Below are positions 25,286-48,048 of a stretch of 64,000 bases of DNA, piece by piece. The stretch is from NCBI GenBank assembly GCA_051294375.1, contig CM119270.1, forward strand, positions 14,330,323-14,394,322, written 5' to 3'. The translations under genes and the position numbers were made by a program. Within the stretch, counting starts at the first letter, position 1; every line of letters starts with the position of its first letter. Origin of the DNA: Paraspadella gotoi. Lineage: Eukaryota; Animalia; Chaetognatha. Under the pieces are notes generated by a model that was not told where the DNA came from, did no database searches, and was given only the letters and a program-made list of their open reading frames with translations.

Positions 25286-26111
25286 TGAAACATAGAATAA
25301 AGAAATAGAGAAATTAACGAATAGATAAACAAATAAGTTGACAGGGAAAACTTAAAAACTGGAAGCGAAAAAAATAACCAACAAATAAAACAAGACGAAA
25401 AAGTTGACACTAATTACACTAAACAAACTTTCTTTTTTTAATATAGAAATAAACTAAAAGAAGACGAATAATTACGACAGTTTTTATTCTTTTTTTTTTC
25501 TTTTGAATAATTCAAACTTAATTCATGACGTTTATGTCGTTTGTCTCTTAATATTTCAAAGATTTGTTTAAATCAAACTTCAACAAATATGGAACCAAAG
25601 GAGACAATGACGACTTTGACGCTAACGGCGACGTCGACTCCGACGCCCCCAATCGGGGAATCAACGAAAAACGGAAGTTGACAGTCGCATGATTTCTTTA
25701 TGACAAAAGACGACAAAAGATGACAAAATGACGGATTTCGTTTTTTCCGCTCTTCAAGACTCTGAACTCTCCTCACCCTTTTGGCGAATGCATCAAACAA
25801 AGTCGGACAAAATCGGGGAATCGGGCGGCGAGCGGAGGGCGGCGGGCGGCGGGCGGCGGGCGTCGGGGGCGAGGTTTAGGTAAGTGGGAGGGGGGATGAT
25901 AAAAGAGAGTGGGGTAGTATTATAAATAAAAGCATCAGGAATTAAAGGTGGGTGCGGATTCCCGCCGAACAGAGATGAAGAATAAAACGTAGGAATGAAA
26001 GTTTAAAAAAAAATAGGCACAACAAATTAATTGGAGTCGACAGGGGAAACAAAACAAGTTTACGAGTTCGAATCCCACCCATTTATCTTTATTTTTATCG
26101 CTGAGCAAGAG

Positions 26112-26164
<53 letters not shown>

Positions 26165-26876
26165 TCGGAACCGGCATAGGGAAACAAGGGTCAAATGGGA
26201 TTTGGCGACCCCATGAATGGAATGAAGGAAGAGAGTTCTCGAGAATCGAGGAAGCGAAGAGAGATGGAGTGAGAGAGCGAGAGAGAGAGAGCGAGAGAGA
26301 GAGAGAGAGAAGAAAGATGGAGTTTTATCGCATTAACAAATTCCAAACTGACGAAAGCCGTAGAACGAGATTTGCAAGAGCGAAAGGGTAAAAGGAATAA
26401 AGGTAAAAAAAAAGGATAAAAAATAGAGAGGGTGAAAATATTTAAGAAATATAACAACATAATACATGTATAATTTTGTATAATTGAATGGGAGGTTTCG
26501 ACCGTAATCAAATGAGCTCTCCCTTCACCAACTGACTACAACCTACAAACTAAAATCACGAAGAGAAAAAACGTTCAAAAATACACTAGTCCTTAGGCAA
26601 TACAAATCATACTAGTCAACCCCAGACGGTCATAACCACCTGTCAACACGCAAGTGGCAAAGGATGGATTAGCCATGGGCCAATGCAATGGCTCCTTATC
26701 TGAAGTGTCCCCCCCCAAGAAATCCTCGCGCCAAAGCAAAGGTGTCACATTCTCGTCACAAAGTCGGTCGACCCGAAACGCTTGTTTGGAGGTGGGATCC
26801 TCTGCGCACGCGGATGTGCGAATGCGTGCGAATGCGTGCCTATGTGCACATGTGTGTGACCGCATGGTGGAAAGGT

Positions 26877-26956
<80 letters not shown>

Positions 26957-27254
26957 CAACTCTCTTTCATTTTTGCGTATTTATAATCTTTTGTATTGTT
27001 TTCTCTTTTTTAATTATGTCGTTAGTTAGAACGGAATTTCTCAGGGTTTTTATTTTACTCCGTTGTCCCTTCGTAAAGATTTTTAAGAAAACTTTACACC
27101 CTATTTTGTTACTCAACTCTTTTTGTTTCGAGTTCAATAAAATTTTAAATAAAAATATGAATAAAAAATATTTTACTCGCTCTCATGTTTTGTTTGAAAA
27201 GGTGCACGAAGCCCAACGGGAAGTTGCATCTGCTTTGCACCTCCACTCCAGTCG

Positions 27255-27422
27255 CCTTCGCTACTTCCGCGGCTGCCGCCTCTAGGCCGCCACCTCCATC
27301 GCGCCGACGCCGTCGCCAGCACCGCCTCCGTCGCAACCGACATCGCCGCCGCCGCCGCCTCCCCTGCTGCCGCCGCCGCCTCTACCGCCTCCGCATCCGC
27401 CGCCTCCGCCGCTATCGCCGCC
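27255..27422. repeat. GC-rich degenerate (CCG)n low-complexity island
   Basis: cgccgccgccgccgcctcccctgctgccgccgccgcctctaccgcctccgcatccgccgcc. It is open in several frames on both strands, with no paired splice sites supporting an exon. Confidence 0.7.
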
Positions 27423-27658
27423 AAAGGCTCTCGGCTCTCGACGCCAGAAACGGAAATTCAAAATGGAAGCAAAATAAAATTTGAATCCCCTGGCCAAAAA
27501 AAAAGAGAAAAGGGGATGAAGGGAGGAAAAGGAAAAGAAAAAAAAGAAAATAATATCGATGGAGGAAGAAGGAAAAAGGAAGACGAGGGAAGATTGAAAA
27601 TATCACCGGTAGCTAACGAACGTCCTCCTTATTCTTTACAATTAGAACTTTTATACTA

Positions 27659-27792
<134 letters not shown>

Positions 27793-28148
27793 ACCGTAAC
27801 GCGGCATGCAAAGGGCAAAATGGTAAGGAGAAAAACGTTATCTCCCCTTAAAAAAGTTACGAGAATTCGAATAAAAACTTTTTCTTTTTTTTCTGTCTCC
27901 CCTTAAGTCGCTCCTTATAAATAAAAAAGGGAGGGTATCTCCGTTAAGTTGACATCGGGAGAGGGGCGCGTTAGGAATGACATCGATAGGTGAAGGGTTT
28001 CGGGAGCGGAACTTGACATGGAACCGGAAAAGTGAGAATTAATTTCGTCGATGTACAAGTAAAAATGTTTGAATTTCATATGTATATGGCGCATGATTTG
28101 GAAATTTTAACCAAAAGAAAAATGAGAGAGAGACAAGAGAGAGAGAGA

Positions 28149-28257
<109 letters not shown>

Positions 28258-28567
28258 TCGAGCTCAAAGAAACATCAAATTTCACCAAAAGTCGCGGAAA
28301 GGTTTAATTTTATGGGAAAAAAAAACGCGAAATGTTTCTTTTTCTTTCAACCGTGAGGAGTCACGGTGATTAAGTCGTGGGCAGAGGCGAAGGTTTTGAT
28401 AGATTGAGATGCTAAAAGTGAAACAGGGTTTAGAGACATGGTTAAGAAAGAATTTCGAGGCAAAAGTAGCGGATAAATGTTGTAAAAAAATAGCTTCCTT
28501 CCTCCCCGCTATCGTAATGTCTCTCCATCTCTCTCTCTNNNNNNNNNNNNNNNNNNNNNNNNNCTCT

Positions 28568-28619
<52 letters not shown>

Positions 28620-29131
28620 GACTCTGGCAAACGACATAACGAGCGAACACTTTGAGATTTCCCTCCGTTTTTTGGATGCCTCGTCATCGTTTCGGTCGTC
28701 GTCGTCGTCCGTCTTCACACAAAAGGTCGACGTCTCCCAAAGTTTCCTTTATTGCCTTCCATACAAAGAAATTCTTTTTTAGGGGGGCGGGGAGGTCGAG
28801 GAAAAGTATTTAAGAAAATATAAATTTTCCTGATTTATTTTCTTTTTGCATAATTATAAATCAAAAAAATGTTGAATGACCTATGGATAGTGTTCAATAA
28901 GTGTACAAGAATAAGCAGAAAAGAATAACTTAATTATACACTAGATAAAGCTAGATTTTCAAATTTAACATTTAAACTACTTCAATAGGCACATTGGATT
29001 GCGAGCACTGGTGGTTCGGCGTTCGCGGTTGCCGAGTCGCCGTGTCCACGCTCCTTGCGTCTGTTGCTAAGAAAGAGGGAGTCGCCGATTGTTTTCGTTT
29101 TGTGAAGACACAAAATTAGACTCTCTCTCAT

Positions 29132-29171
<40 letters not shown>

Positions 29172-29714
29172 CTCTTCTCTTTCTCTCTCTCTCCCTAACT
29201 CGGCGCCTCAATAGCTCCCTCCGGAAGTGATAAACATTTTATGGGCGCCGCCGACGAACGCCCACTCGTCCGTCAACGCAGTCATTGGAGTTGCTCCCTT
29301 CGCCACCCACATTACCACCCCCACCACATTTCCCCAAACCTCACCCCACCTTCCGCCAGCGATCGCCCATTTCCCAGGAGCGACAAAATCATCCCTGACT
29401 TTTCCACCTAAAACCCATCAACCAATCAACTGTAACCCAAATTGCTTGCTCAGTAAAAATTGAGATGCCAATAACGGTTATTTTCATACTTCACGTTGAG
29501 ATTTGTTTGTGTTATGAAATTGGTACAACCAATATATAATTTATACGTTAACTGTTATTTTTATTCAACAGCTTTGAAAAAACCGATAAAATATGTTTAT
29601 CCAATAAATCTCGTCATTATAACTTTTTACAATTTTTTATTACAAACTTCCGCCGAGTCGCTAGATCGGTTCCCCGGTCGACACCCAGGTGCGACGCTTG
29701 ATTTAAGTTTTATA

Positions 29715-29790
<76 letters not shown>

Positions 29791-29950
29791 TTTCCCTTTC
29801 TCTCTACTTCTCAAACTCACACACAAACACCACACATCCTGAATTACAGTTAGACCGGTTTGAATATTTATTTATATTCTTACCCATTCACAGAAATTTT
29901 ATACATTCGAGATGCTTTTTCCGAGATAGTCATTTAGTCACCAAGCATGG

Positions 29951-30021
<71 letters not shown>

Positions 30022-30101
30022 AATTCATAAAAATATTTCTTTTCTCTTAAATACATAAATTTCGAGCCATCTTCACTCAGTGTCAATACACAATTCCGGG
30101 T

Positions 30102-30173
<72 letters not shown>

Positions 30174-31179
30174 AGAGAGAGAGAGTTATTTTAAAAGTCC
30201 TTTCTCGTCTGTTTACTTTCGTCGAACATTTATAAATCGTGTTTGTTTATTAAACTTGTTTGTAAGAAGGACAAATGTCAAAATGCTTGATTATTTTTTC
30301 CGTCTTTCGTCAAACTTTTTTTCGAGTTTATTTCATATCTGTCGGTTTTTTTTTAAACGTTTAAATTAATTTCTCTGTAACATTATTTGGTTATTATATG
30401 TCATTAGAATATTTACATGGACTTTTGGGTGTATTTTTTAACGTACTTTTTAACTATTTTTCGATATTTATAAAATTAGTAAATAAAGATGCTGTCTTAT
30501 AAAATATTTAAACCGTGTGACCCCCTAATTTAACATTTCAAATCAAAAATATTTTTTTTCTATATATGGAAAAAAAATGTCGTTCTCTCTTTCTCTTCCG
30601 GCCTAAAATGTTTTGGTATCTGGAAAGGAATCACTCTGATTACAAGCTGATTGCACTTTGATCTGACCGCTCGAATATGTTTATTTAAGTCATGTTTGTT
30701 TGGACAAAATTATTTCGCTAAAATTTTGAGGTTTAATCCTCCCCGATGAATTTTATGAACATTAATTGAAAATATTAATTATTAGTCATTTGAATCAGAA
30801 TATAAACCCAAAAAACGAATCTTGCTGACCTTTATAGCCAAATGAAACCAAAACAGCGCGAGAAATAAAAGCAACCAAAGAAAAAGAAATAAGCAACAAA
30901 AAAAAAAAAGCAACGGAGCAACAGAAGAGAGAGAAACTCGAGACACGAAGAGTAAACGACGGGAGAGAGAGAGAAAGGAAAGAGGAAGAGTCTTTGCGGC
31001 TAAAAAGCTAAGGGAGAAAGGAAGAGGAGGAAGAGTGGGAAAAAAAAGATGCAACGGCGATTGCAAACAACCCGGGCGGGCAAAACAATAACAACAACAA
31101 CGGCGTCGAAGACGACGACGACGACGACGACGACGACCCGGGGAGAGAAAAAAGTTTGCGACGGGATGCGAATTCGGCC

Positions 31180-31235
31180 ACGTTGGCGTCGTTGGCGTCG
31201 TTGGCGTCGTTGGCGTCGTTGGCGTTGTTGGCGTG
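31180..31235. repeat. 9-bp tandem repeat (CGTTGGCGT), 5-6 units
   Basis: cgttggcgtcgttggcgtcgttggcgtcgttggcgtcgttggcgttgttggcgt; present in all four block copies. Confidence 0.9.
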
Positions 31236-31726
31236 GGAAATGGCGCCGATTGATTTGGCGGGAAATTATTGTAACGAGATTTTTTCTTCGGAACGAGAGC
31301 GGGATTAATTCAAGGCTTAAATGTGAGCGAACTATTGTACGAGGTGCGCTTTTGATTTTGAAGAATATGGCGGACTATGGTATGCATGGTATGCAACAAG
31401 GTTCGCTTTAAATGGCAAAGAAACGAAACTATTAATCGAACAATCAAAGTAAATTTTATTTCAATAAAAGTATCATCTTTGGTTACTGACATTGCCCGAT
31501 TACAGAAGATGATCTGCCGATAATTTTTTTCAAGTTTCTTGTTCTTATCTTATTTTTAGGTTTAGGAAATACTAAGTTTTAATAGCTTGTTAGCGAGATG
31601 AAAATGCTCAGACATACCACGTCTACGGACTCTTGCAAAATAATTTGAAAAATAAACCGTTTGTCTAGAAGGTTCCATAGTTTTTTCCCAAAAGAAAAGA
31701 CAAGAGATCCTCTCTGACTCTCTCTC

Positions 31727-31813
<87 letters not shown>

Positions 31814-34276
31814 TCTCTCTCTCTCTCTCACCAAAAACCTACCTGTAAAATAACCATGCCAAACGAAGGCTAATCACTGGGTAAGTGATGTGGATGATTG
31901 ATGACGATGATGGAGGCTGCCTATGAGTTTGATGAGTCATTAGTTTTAATTTTAGGCAGAGTTTAAAAAAGTAGATGGATAGGGAGAGGATGGCGAGAAA
32001 TTTGGATGATGGTGGGGGAGTTCGTTGGTAGGGACGGTGAAGTCTCGGGCGAGTGGAAAAAGGGTCTAGTTGGATCGATGGAGTCAATTTTCAGTTTGGT
32101 AAGTTGGTCAGAGAGAGAAAGTTGATTCTTGTCGTGACCAAAAGAAAACCAGTTAATTAAGGGAAAACGAAGAAATTCTGAGAGAGAGAGAGAGAGAGAG
32201 AGAGAGTAAGACTGAACTTGCCACATCTAACTGAATTGTTAATCTGAACTTTATTAATTATTTCTGAATCTTTCCTTCCCACTTAATCGAACTGCTATCA
32301 GCTCAATGTGTCCATAAATTTGGTTACGTAAGATCACAGACGTAATCATTTTAAAACGTTTTTTTATTTTTAATTTACAGCCTGGTTTGGGCAAAAGTGT
32401 AAAAATTCCAAACCAAAAGTCTTTTTTAAATAATGAAACCAAAAATCAATAAAATCATAAAATTATCGTAAAATACTTTCCACGCTAATTAAGGAAAAGA
32501 CTTTGCCTCGTTAAAAATCTTTCTTCGGCAAATTAATATAGAGATTCCCTAAAACTTAAAATAAACGAGAGAGAGAACTTCTCGCCACACGAATGGTAAA
32601 ACCCAAACCGGTATTACTTCTCAATTATCTACGAGATTCCGACGAAAAAGATCGTCAATCCTGGAAACGAAAAAGAATCTCGATCCTGTTTCGTCCCCCC
32701 AAAAATGTCGTCGACATCCCCTGATAATATGGAACGGGACGATTTCGGGAATTACGAGATTCACCGCTTTTTTTCTTTCTCTCTTTCTTTTCTCTATTTT
32801 CGAACTCGACTTAATGACTTGGAGCGTAAATAACATCAAACCAGCTCCAAGTTAATTTTTTTTTTCGTTCAGTCTTACGTCAATCTTTCTCAGTCTCTCT
32901 TCCCGTTTCTTACTTCTAAATTTTAATGATTAGTTATTTTTTAAAACTACGGCGTTCTTTTTGTTTTTTTTTTCCTTCTTTCGTTCGATATTTTAACTTT
33001 GTTTTTGTTTTTGACTTTGGACGAAAAGGAGAAGAAATATTGTTTACGTAAACAAACGAAGCTTATGACGGAGAGAAGAGAAGACGAAGGAGAGAGGCGA
33101 GGGGGAGAGAGCATCAATAGCTTTTTTCTTCTTAAAAAAAAAGTAAAAGTTGAAAACAAAAGATGAAACGAAAAGAGGGAAGAATTTTTTTCTTTTAAGG
33201 TTTTATTTTTTCGAATATTTTTCGAATTCATTTTCTCATCACGTTGCCACGAGAACTTTCACGAATCTCGTGACGCCATCACCGTCCAGCGTCGCGTCAC
33301 CGTTTCGACTTCGCCGTGTCCGATTTCGCCGCGGCCGATTTCGTTCGTCGTTCGTTCGCCGTCGCCTATTCGCCGTCACTGCATCAAAGTAGCAGCGACG
33401 TCTTCCGCATTGTTTTGCCGCGCGTCTTCGGCGGATTGACGACGATGTGTCTGGATTGTTTTTTTGTTGTTGTTTGTTTTGGGTGGGCGTGGCCCTATCA
33501 GTTTTGGTTTTGTTTTTATATTTTGTTTTTGTCGAGTTTTCTTTTCGTAGCTTTTTTTTGTTTTGTTTATTGAGGAAGTAAATTCGGAAATTCGGTTTTT
33601 ATTTCTTCGCGGGTTTAAGTTTTTTTTTTAATGAATGTTTTTATTTATAAATTGTGCTTTTTTAAATTAAAAAAGGCTCGTCTGATGAAGAGAGAGTAAA
33701 AGAGGGAGAGATATAAACAGCGACCCAAAAAAAATTTGAAAAAATGAACTGATGTCTTGAATTTTTTTCGGTTCGACTGAGAGCGAGAGAGATTCACCTT
33801 ACTTTTTGTGTTGGATTTGACGAGAAGAGAGAGGGAGAGAGAGGTGGAGAGATTTAAAAAAAAGAGAGAGAGAGAGAGAGAGAGAACAGATAGGGAAAAA
33901 GTTAAATACGAGAGTAAAAGGATAATCGGGACACGGAGAGAGCGAGAGGGAACGAGAGAGAGAGAGAGAGAGGGATTCCGGAGGAAGAGGAAGAGGAGGA
34001 AGAGGAGGAGGAGGAAGATGAGCCCCGATCCTTAAAGGAAGGGACCCGGAGAGATGCTAAACAAATGCAGATCGAGATCCAACTATTCGAAGCGGATTCG
34101 TCGCAACGACGACGACGACGACGACGGCTACCACGACGACGACGAAGAGGAAAGAGCGCGACAACAACGACGATGACGACGACGACGAGACGATGCGTCG
34201 GCGGCTGGCGACACTTCTTCCAAACTCGGCGGGCGCGCTCGCGTGTACTGGCCGCGTCTCGCGCCTCGCGCCTCGC

Positions 34277-34359
<83 letters not shown>

Positions 34360-34487
34360 ATACAGGGCTTCTCGTTTTCTTTTCATTTATCCCTCCTTTT
34401 CCTCCTTTTTCCTTCTCCATTCCTTTTCCTTTTTTTTTCGTCGGGATGGCTTCTCGAGTTGATTGCGTTGTCGTCGTCGTCTTCGTC

Positions 34488-34532
<45 letters not shown>

Positions 34533-35006
34533 TCTCGACTTTGTCATTGTCTCAATCCCTTTAAATCGACGTTCATAGTGACCCGAAGAATTACTGGCTG
34601 AAATGCGATGCAATATGCCTCGCGCAATACTGTTTATTAATATTATATTATATAATAATTATAATAAAAATAATAATCTCGACGAGAAATTGTCTTATTT
34701 GCTTTTAGTTTAGTAAGGTTTACTTTTTGTTCTTGTTCATATTGTTTACTTTAGCCTTTTTTTTCTTAGTCTACGTTGTGTCATTGACTCGCGTTTTATT
34801 TTCTTATCTTTGGATCCGAGTCAATTCCGTTTCTGAATTCCATCCCTGATTCCATCTCAGATTTCCATTTCTGTCATCGATATGGATCTGGCTTTTAACT
34901 GCGGCCAACGACGGTCGTCATTCGGATCATTGGTCGGTCCGTCGGTCGATCGGCCAATCGCTTTGTCACCTTCCGTTCTTTTAATTTTTATATCAAAGTC
35001 GCTTAA

Positions 35007-35269
35007 TGAGAACTGAGAATTTAAAATGGTATGCGAAGTGAACAAACGAAACAAATAAGCGATTCATATTGACAAACGACTGAACAAAGATGCAAACAAC
35101 CATTGCAATCTAGGAGAGACAATTTATTTAAGTTAAGTTAAATGCGACTTTAATTGTCTCTACTAGGTTGCAATGGTTGTTTTGCATCTTTGTTCAGTCG
35201 TTTGTCAATATGAATCGCTTATTTGTTCGTTTGTTCACTTCGCATACCACTTTAAATTTCTCAGTCTCA
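35007..35269. mobile_element. Foldback/palindromic element, ~118-bp arms and ~27-nt spacer (MITE-like); also at ~45283-45544, ~51416-51680 and ~58524-58793
   Basis: The left arm tgagaactgagaatttaaaatggtatgcgaagtgaacaaacg...ccattgcaatctaggagagacaatt is the near-perfect reverse complement of the right arm aattgtctctactaggttgcaatgg...cgtttgttcacttcgcataccactttaaatttctcagtctca. The palindrome is certain. MITE origin is inferred because no clear target-site duplication is visible. Confidence 0.6.
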
Positions 35270-35411
35270 ATCCCTTCGGTCTCAGGACCATCGCTCTAAT
35301 TCTCTCTCTCCCTCTCTCTTTTCTCCTTTAGGAAAAGCGAGAGGCTCAAACTGCGACACAAAAGCTCAAACGGCAGCGATTCCACTTCCAAATCGTCAAT
35401 CGGGATTGAGA

Positions 35412-35508
<97 letters not shown>

Positions 35509-35934
35509 ACCCCCCTCACTCTCGTTTTTGTCCAACGAGAAGAAATCTCGAATATGCAAATGAGTTTGCGGGTCGCGGACTCAAAGTAGCCGGAAACAAT
35601 TGCGATGTTGCGCGGGATCGGACGGCGATCGTGGTGGTAGGGGCGGTTCAGAAGACTGCGGCAGAGGAGATGGTGAAGTGGTCACTTTCAGGAAGATAGG
35701 GATTCGGCGTTGGAGGATCGCGGTAGTGGCAATAGTGGGTGATCGTACTGTTGAAGTTTTACGGACAGGACGGCGGGATTTTTGGAGCCGATTGACGAAC
35801 CAATGAGCTCACGATTTTTTGGGGGGACGGCCAGACCGTTTTGTCCCTGGCTTAAGACGATCTTCGAAGGAAGGCTTTTTTCTTTTTTGGATTTTTGTTT
35901 TAAGTTTTTCTTTTGTACTTTTCTTCTTTCTTAT

Positions 35935-35974
<40 letters not shown>

Positions 35975-35984
35975 TTCTTTCTTT

Positions 35985-36024
<40 letters not shown>

Positions 36025-36225
36025 TTTTTCTCATTGTGATTGTTAAATAATTTCGTATTTTCTCCCTTTTTCAAAACACCGTCTAAAAAAATATCCAAAG
36101 CGAAAACAAAAAAAAAGTTAAAAAATGGATTCCTTCATTTTCTTTTCTCGTCTCGACGCGCATTCCATTTCGGAGATCCGGCTTGAAGATCGGCCGGCAA
36201 TGAGCGGGACGCATGGCTAATGCAG

Positions 36226-36304
<79 letters not shown>

Positions 36305-36352
36305 TTCTCCTCTCTCTCTCCCGGCGGCCCCTTTCGTCAACCCTTGGTTTTT

Positions 36353-36405
<53 letters not shown>

Positions 36406-36577
36406 CTTGATGTCGTCGTCGTCGTCGACTTTGTCTGCGTTGAACAGACTTTTTGTCTCATCGAGAGAGAAAAAATTTCATGGTCACTTCTTCCCTTTTT
36501 TAAAGCATATACATAATGAGAAGTGTTAGGAGGGAGGGATGGAGGGACGAAAGGAGCGGCCGCGAGGGTGTGTGTGT

Positions 36578-36648
<71 letters not shown>

Positions 36649-36779
36649 AGAGAGAGAGAGAGAGATACTGGCGCAAGGTGACGCGGATTAGCGCCGTCAT
36701 CACGCTTGCGCGAATCCGGATAACGACGACGACGACGACGACGACATCGAAGATCGAAAAAGCAGAAATTGAGACGGTC

Positions 36780-36975
36780 GAGGTGAGAGGGAGCGGAGGT
36801 GAGTTGGAGTGGAGATCAGGTGGAGCGGAGGTGAGAGGGAGCGGAGGTGAGTTGGAGTGGAGATCAGGTGTAGCGGAAGTGAGAGGGAGCTGAGATGAGT
36901 TGGAGTGGAGATCATGTGGAGCGGAGGTGAGGTGAAGAGGAGGTGACGTAGGGTGGAGATGATGTGGAGTGGAGC
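36780..36975. repeat. Purine-rich minisatellite: 48-bp unit made of three related 16-mers (also ~53262-53460 and ~60378-60580)
   Basis: gaggtgagagggagcg / gaggtgagttggagtg / gagatcaggtggagcg repeated three times, then three more diverged 16-mers. Confidence 0.9.
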
Positions 36976-37243
36976 GAATGTTAGGTGGGAAAAAGTGTGG
37001 CGAATAAATTATGGAAAGGAGGTTTCTTAAAAATTTATAACATTAAAATACTTTATACATTTTATCATCATTAAACATTAATTTTTTTAAAATCGCACCT
37101 TTATGAAATTTACGATATTGTAATTAAAATCACAATTAAAATTTCCTACGTGTTTTATTTACATTCTTCTGAAACTCATATTTATAGTTTTTTAAAATCG
37201 TTTTTTAAAATCGTATTGTAACCATCTCTCCTTATTATCAATA

Positions 37244-37290
37244 GTCCAACCCTCAGCCCAATCCGTAGCCCAACCCATAGCCCAACCCAT
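37244..37290. repeat. Short ~12-bp tandem repeat (AGCCCAACCCAT), about 4 degenerate units
   Basis: agtccaaccctcagcccaatccgtagcccaacccatagcccaacccat read directly. Confidence 0.75.
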
Positions 37291-37337
37291 CAAGAGGCTT
37301 CCGGGAGCCGAGAAAAGTCCTGATTACATTTTATCGA

Positions 37338-37435
<98 letters not shown>

Positions 37436-38438
37436 ATCGGTTCTCACACGTCGAAAAGAGACAGCGGCCAGTATTGGCTAAACCGGAAATTGCCGTTTCC
37501 TGCCATCCGCGGATTCGTCTCGCGTTGGCGCCGCCCCTTTTTCTCCTTCCCTTCCCTACTTCTCCCTACCTTCTCTCCTTTCCTTTCTTTCGCTAGTCCT
37601 AATCCTTTAATCCCACACTTTCCTTTCCTTTTCCGTTCAACCTTTCAAATTCCTCGACTCTATGGGTTCTTTGGACATAATCATTAGGCCTGCACGATCC
37701 TTGTTAGCCCGTACTTGTGCAATGTGCATCCCGAAAGAAATGCTGCTATGGCCTCTTCGGTTTTATTTTTCACCTTAACTTACCAATCCTTCCTCAGATT
37801 TTGTCTCATAAAGGTGAAATAAAGAGAGCGTGTATTTCAAAAGAAAAGGTTAAACTTAATAAATTAATAAATAGTACTCGAAAAAGTATTGTTTTCTTAT
37901 AGAATAAAATCATTAAAAGCATAGCTTCAGTTTGTTCATACAGTGTATTTGAGATCGAGAATCGAATAAACATTTACATCGATTTTTCTTTAGCAAGAAA
38001 GCTATATATTAAAATGGAAGACAAAACGACAACGATTTTCTTTAAGTTCCAACCGACCACTCACATTAATATTTCCCCAACCCTTCATACAAACAATCAT
38101 TCAATCCACCTACTACCAATTTAACAAATACATAAAAACACCTTTTCACCACCCTAAATGGTGTTCGATTTAAAGTAATCCAACATTCCAACGTTTAATC
38201 CACCCCGCCACCGTTTAAGGGGTTCTCGACCCCTAAAACAACCACTCCGCCATTTCCCCCTCCCGCCAAAGCCAAGGGGCACAACAGGGGTCAAGCCAAT
38301 GCAATAAATTGGCTGGCTCAGCTCCGCCACCTCCGGAAAACGATTCCCCTCAGTATATTATAAATTGGGGCCAAACCGCCGGGCCGGAAAGAAGGGTCGG
38401 GGGGCTGGGGGAAGGGTTGGGTGGGGATAGGGTAAGGG

Positions 38439-46755
<8,317 letters not shown>

Positions 46756-46780
46756 NNNNNNNNNNNNNNNNNNNNNNNNN

Positions 46781-48013
46781 TTTCTATATATGGAAAAAAA
46801 ATGTCTTTCTCTCTTTCTCCTTCCGGCCTAAAAATGTTTGGTATCTGGCGAAAGGAATCACTTGATTACAAGCTGATTGCACTTTATCTGACCGCTCGAA
46901 ATGTTTATTTAAGTCATGTTTGTTTGGACAAACAAATATATTTCGCTAAATTTTGAGGTTTAATCCTCCCGATGAATTTTATGAACATTAATTGAAAATA
47001 TTAATTATTACGTCATTTGAATCAGAATAAAACCCAAAAAACGAATCTTGCTGACCTTTATAGCCCAAATGAAACCAAAAACAGCGCGAGAAATAAAAAG
47101 CAACCAAAGAAAAAAGAAATAAGCAACAAAAAAAAAAGAGCAACCGGAGCAACAGAAGAGAGAGAAACTCGAGACACGAAGAGTAAACGACGGGAGAGAG
47201 GAGAAAGGGAAAAGAGTGAAGGAGGTCTTTGCGGCTAAAAAGCTTAAGGGAGAAAGGAAGAGGAGGAAGGTGGGAAAAAAAGATGCAACCGGCGATGCAA
47301 ACAACCCGGGCGGGCAAAACAATAAACAACAACAACGCGTCGAAAGACGACGACGACGACGACGACGACGACCGGAGGAGAAAAAAAGTTTGCGACGGGA
47401 TGCGAATTAACGGCCACGTTGGCGTCGTTGGCGTCGTTGGCGTCGTTGGCGTCGTTGGCGTTTTGGCGTGGGAAATGGCGCCGATTGATTTGGCGGAAAT
47501 TATCTGTAACGAGATTTTTTTCTTCGGAACGAGAGCGGATAATTCAAGGCTTAAATGTGAGCAAGAACTATTGTACAGGTGCGCCTTTTGATTTTAAGAA
47601 TATGGCGGACTATGGTATGCATTGGTATGCAACAAGGTATCGCTTTAAATGGCAAAGAAACGAAACTATTAATCGAACAATCAAAGTAAATTTTTATTTC
47701 AATAAAAGTATCATCTTTGGGTTACTGACATGCCCGATTACAGAAGATTGATCTGCCGATAATTTTTTCAAGTTTCTTCTTCTTATCTTATTTTATAGGT
47801 TTAGGAAAATACTAAGTTTTAATAGCTTAGTTAGCGAGATGAAAAATGCTCAGACATACCACGTCTCACCGGACTCTTGCAAAATAATTGAAAAATAAAC
47901 CGTTTGTCTAGAAGGTTCCATAGTTTTTCCCAAAGAAAAGACAAGAATCCTCTCTGACTCTCTCTCTCTCTCTTGTCTCTGTCTCTGTCCTCTCTCTCTC
48001 TCTCTCTCTCTCC

Positions 48014-48048
<35 letters not shown>

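Larger units (their letters stand above)
28620..38441 (+). repeat. Large non-coding block, copy 1 (segment X 28620-29243 plus segment Y 29244-38441)
   Basis: The same ordered landmarks recur downstream: cgccgccgacga(a)cgcccactcgtcc, (ttggcgtcg)5, the foldback palindrome, the 48-bp minisatellite and gggtaagggagc. It starts just after a 25-N gap. Confidence 0.95.

Noticed and set aside
26593-26986. Complex-looking ORFs on both strands (MAKDGLAMGQCNG..., ...EDPTSKQAFRVDRL...)
   Set aside because: No recognisable domain or convincing splice boundaries, and they run into (AG)n. More likely non-coding.
27173-27497. Ala-, Pro-, Arg- or Gly-rich ORFs as an upstream FoxP exon
   Set aside because: A CCG-rich low-complexity tract open in most frames, with no matching minus-strand acceptor/donor pair or recognisable motif.
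31835-31856. Possible recursive splice site (ttattttacag|gtaggt) on the minus strand
   Set aside because: The pyrimidine tract is short and the motif is disrupted in copies 3 and 4. It is expected by chance in AT-rich DNA.
36780-36975. Regularly spaced repeats as a CRISPR-like array
   Set aside because: The units are contiguous with no unique spacers, the context is eukaryotic and there are no cas genes.
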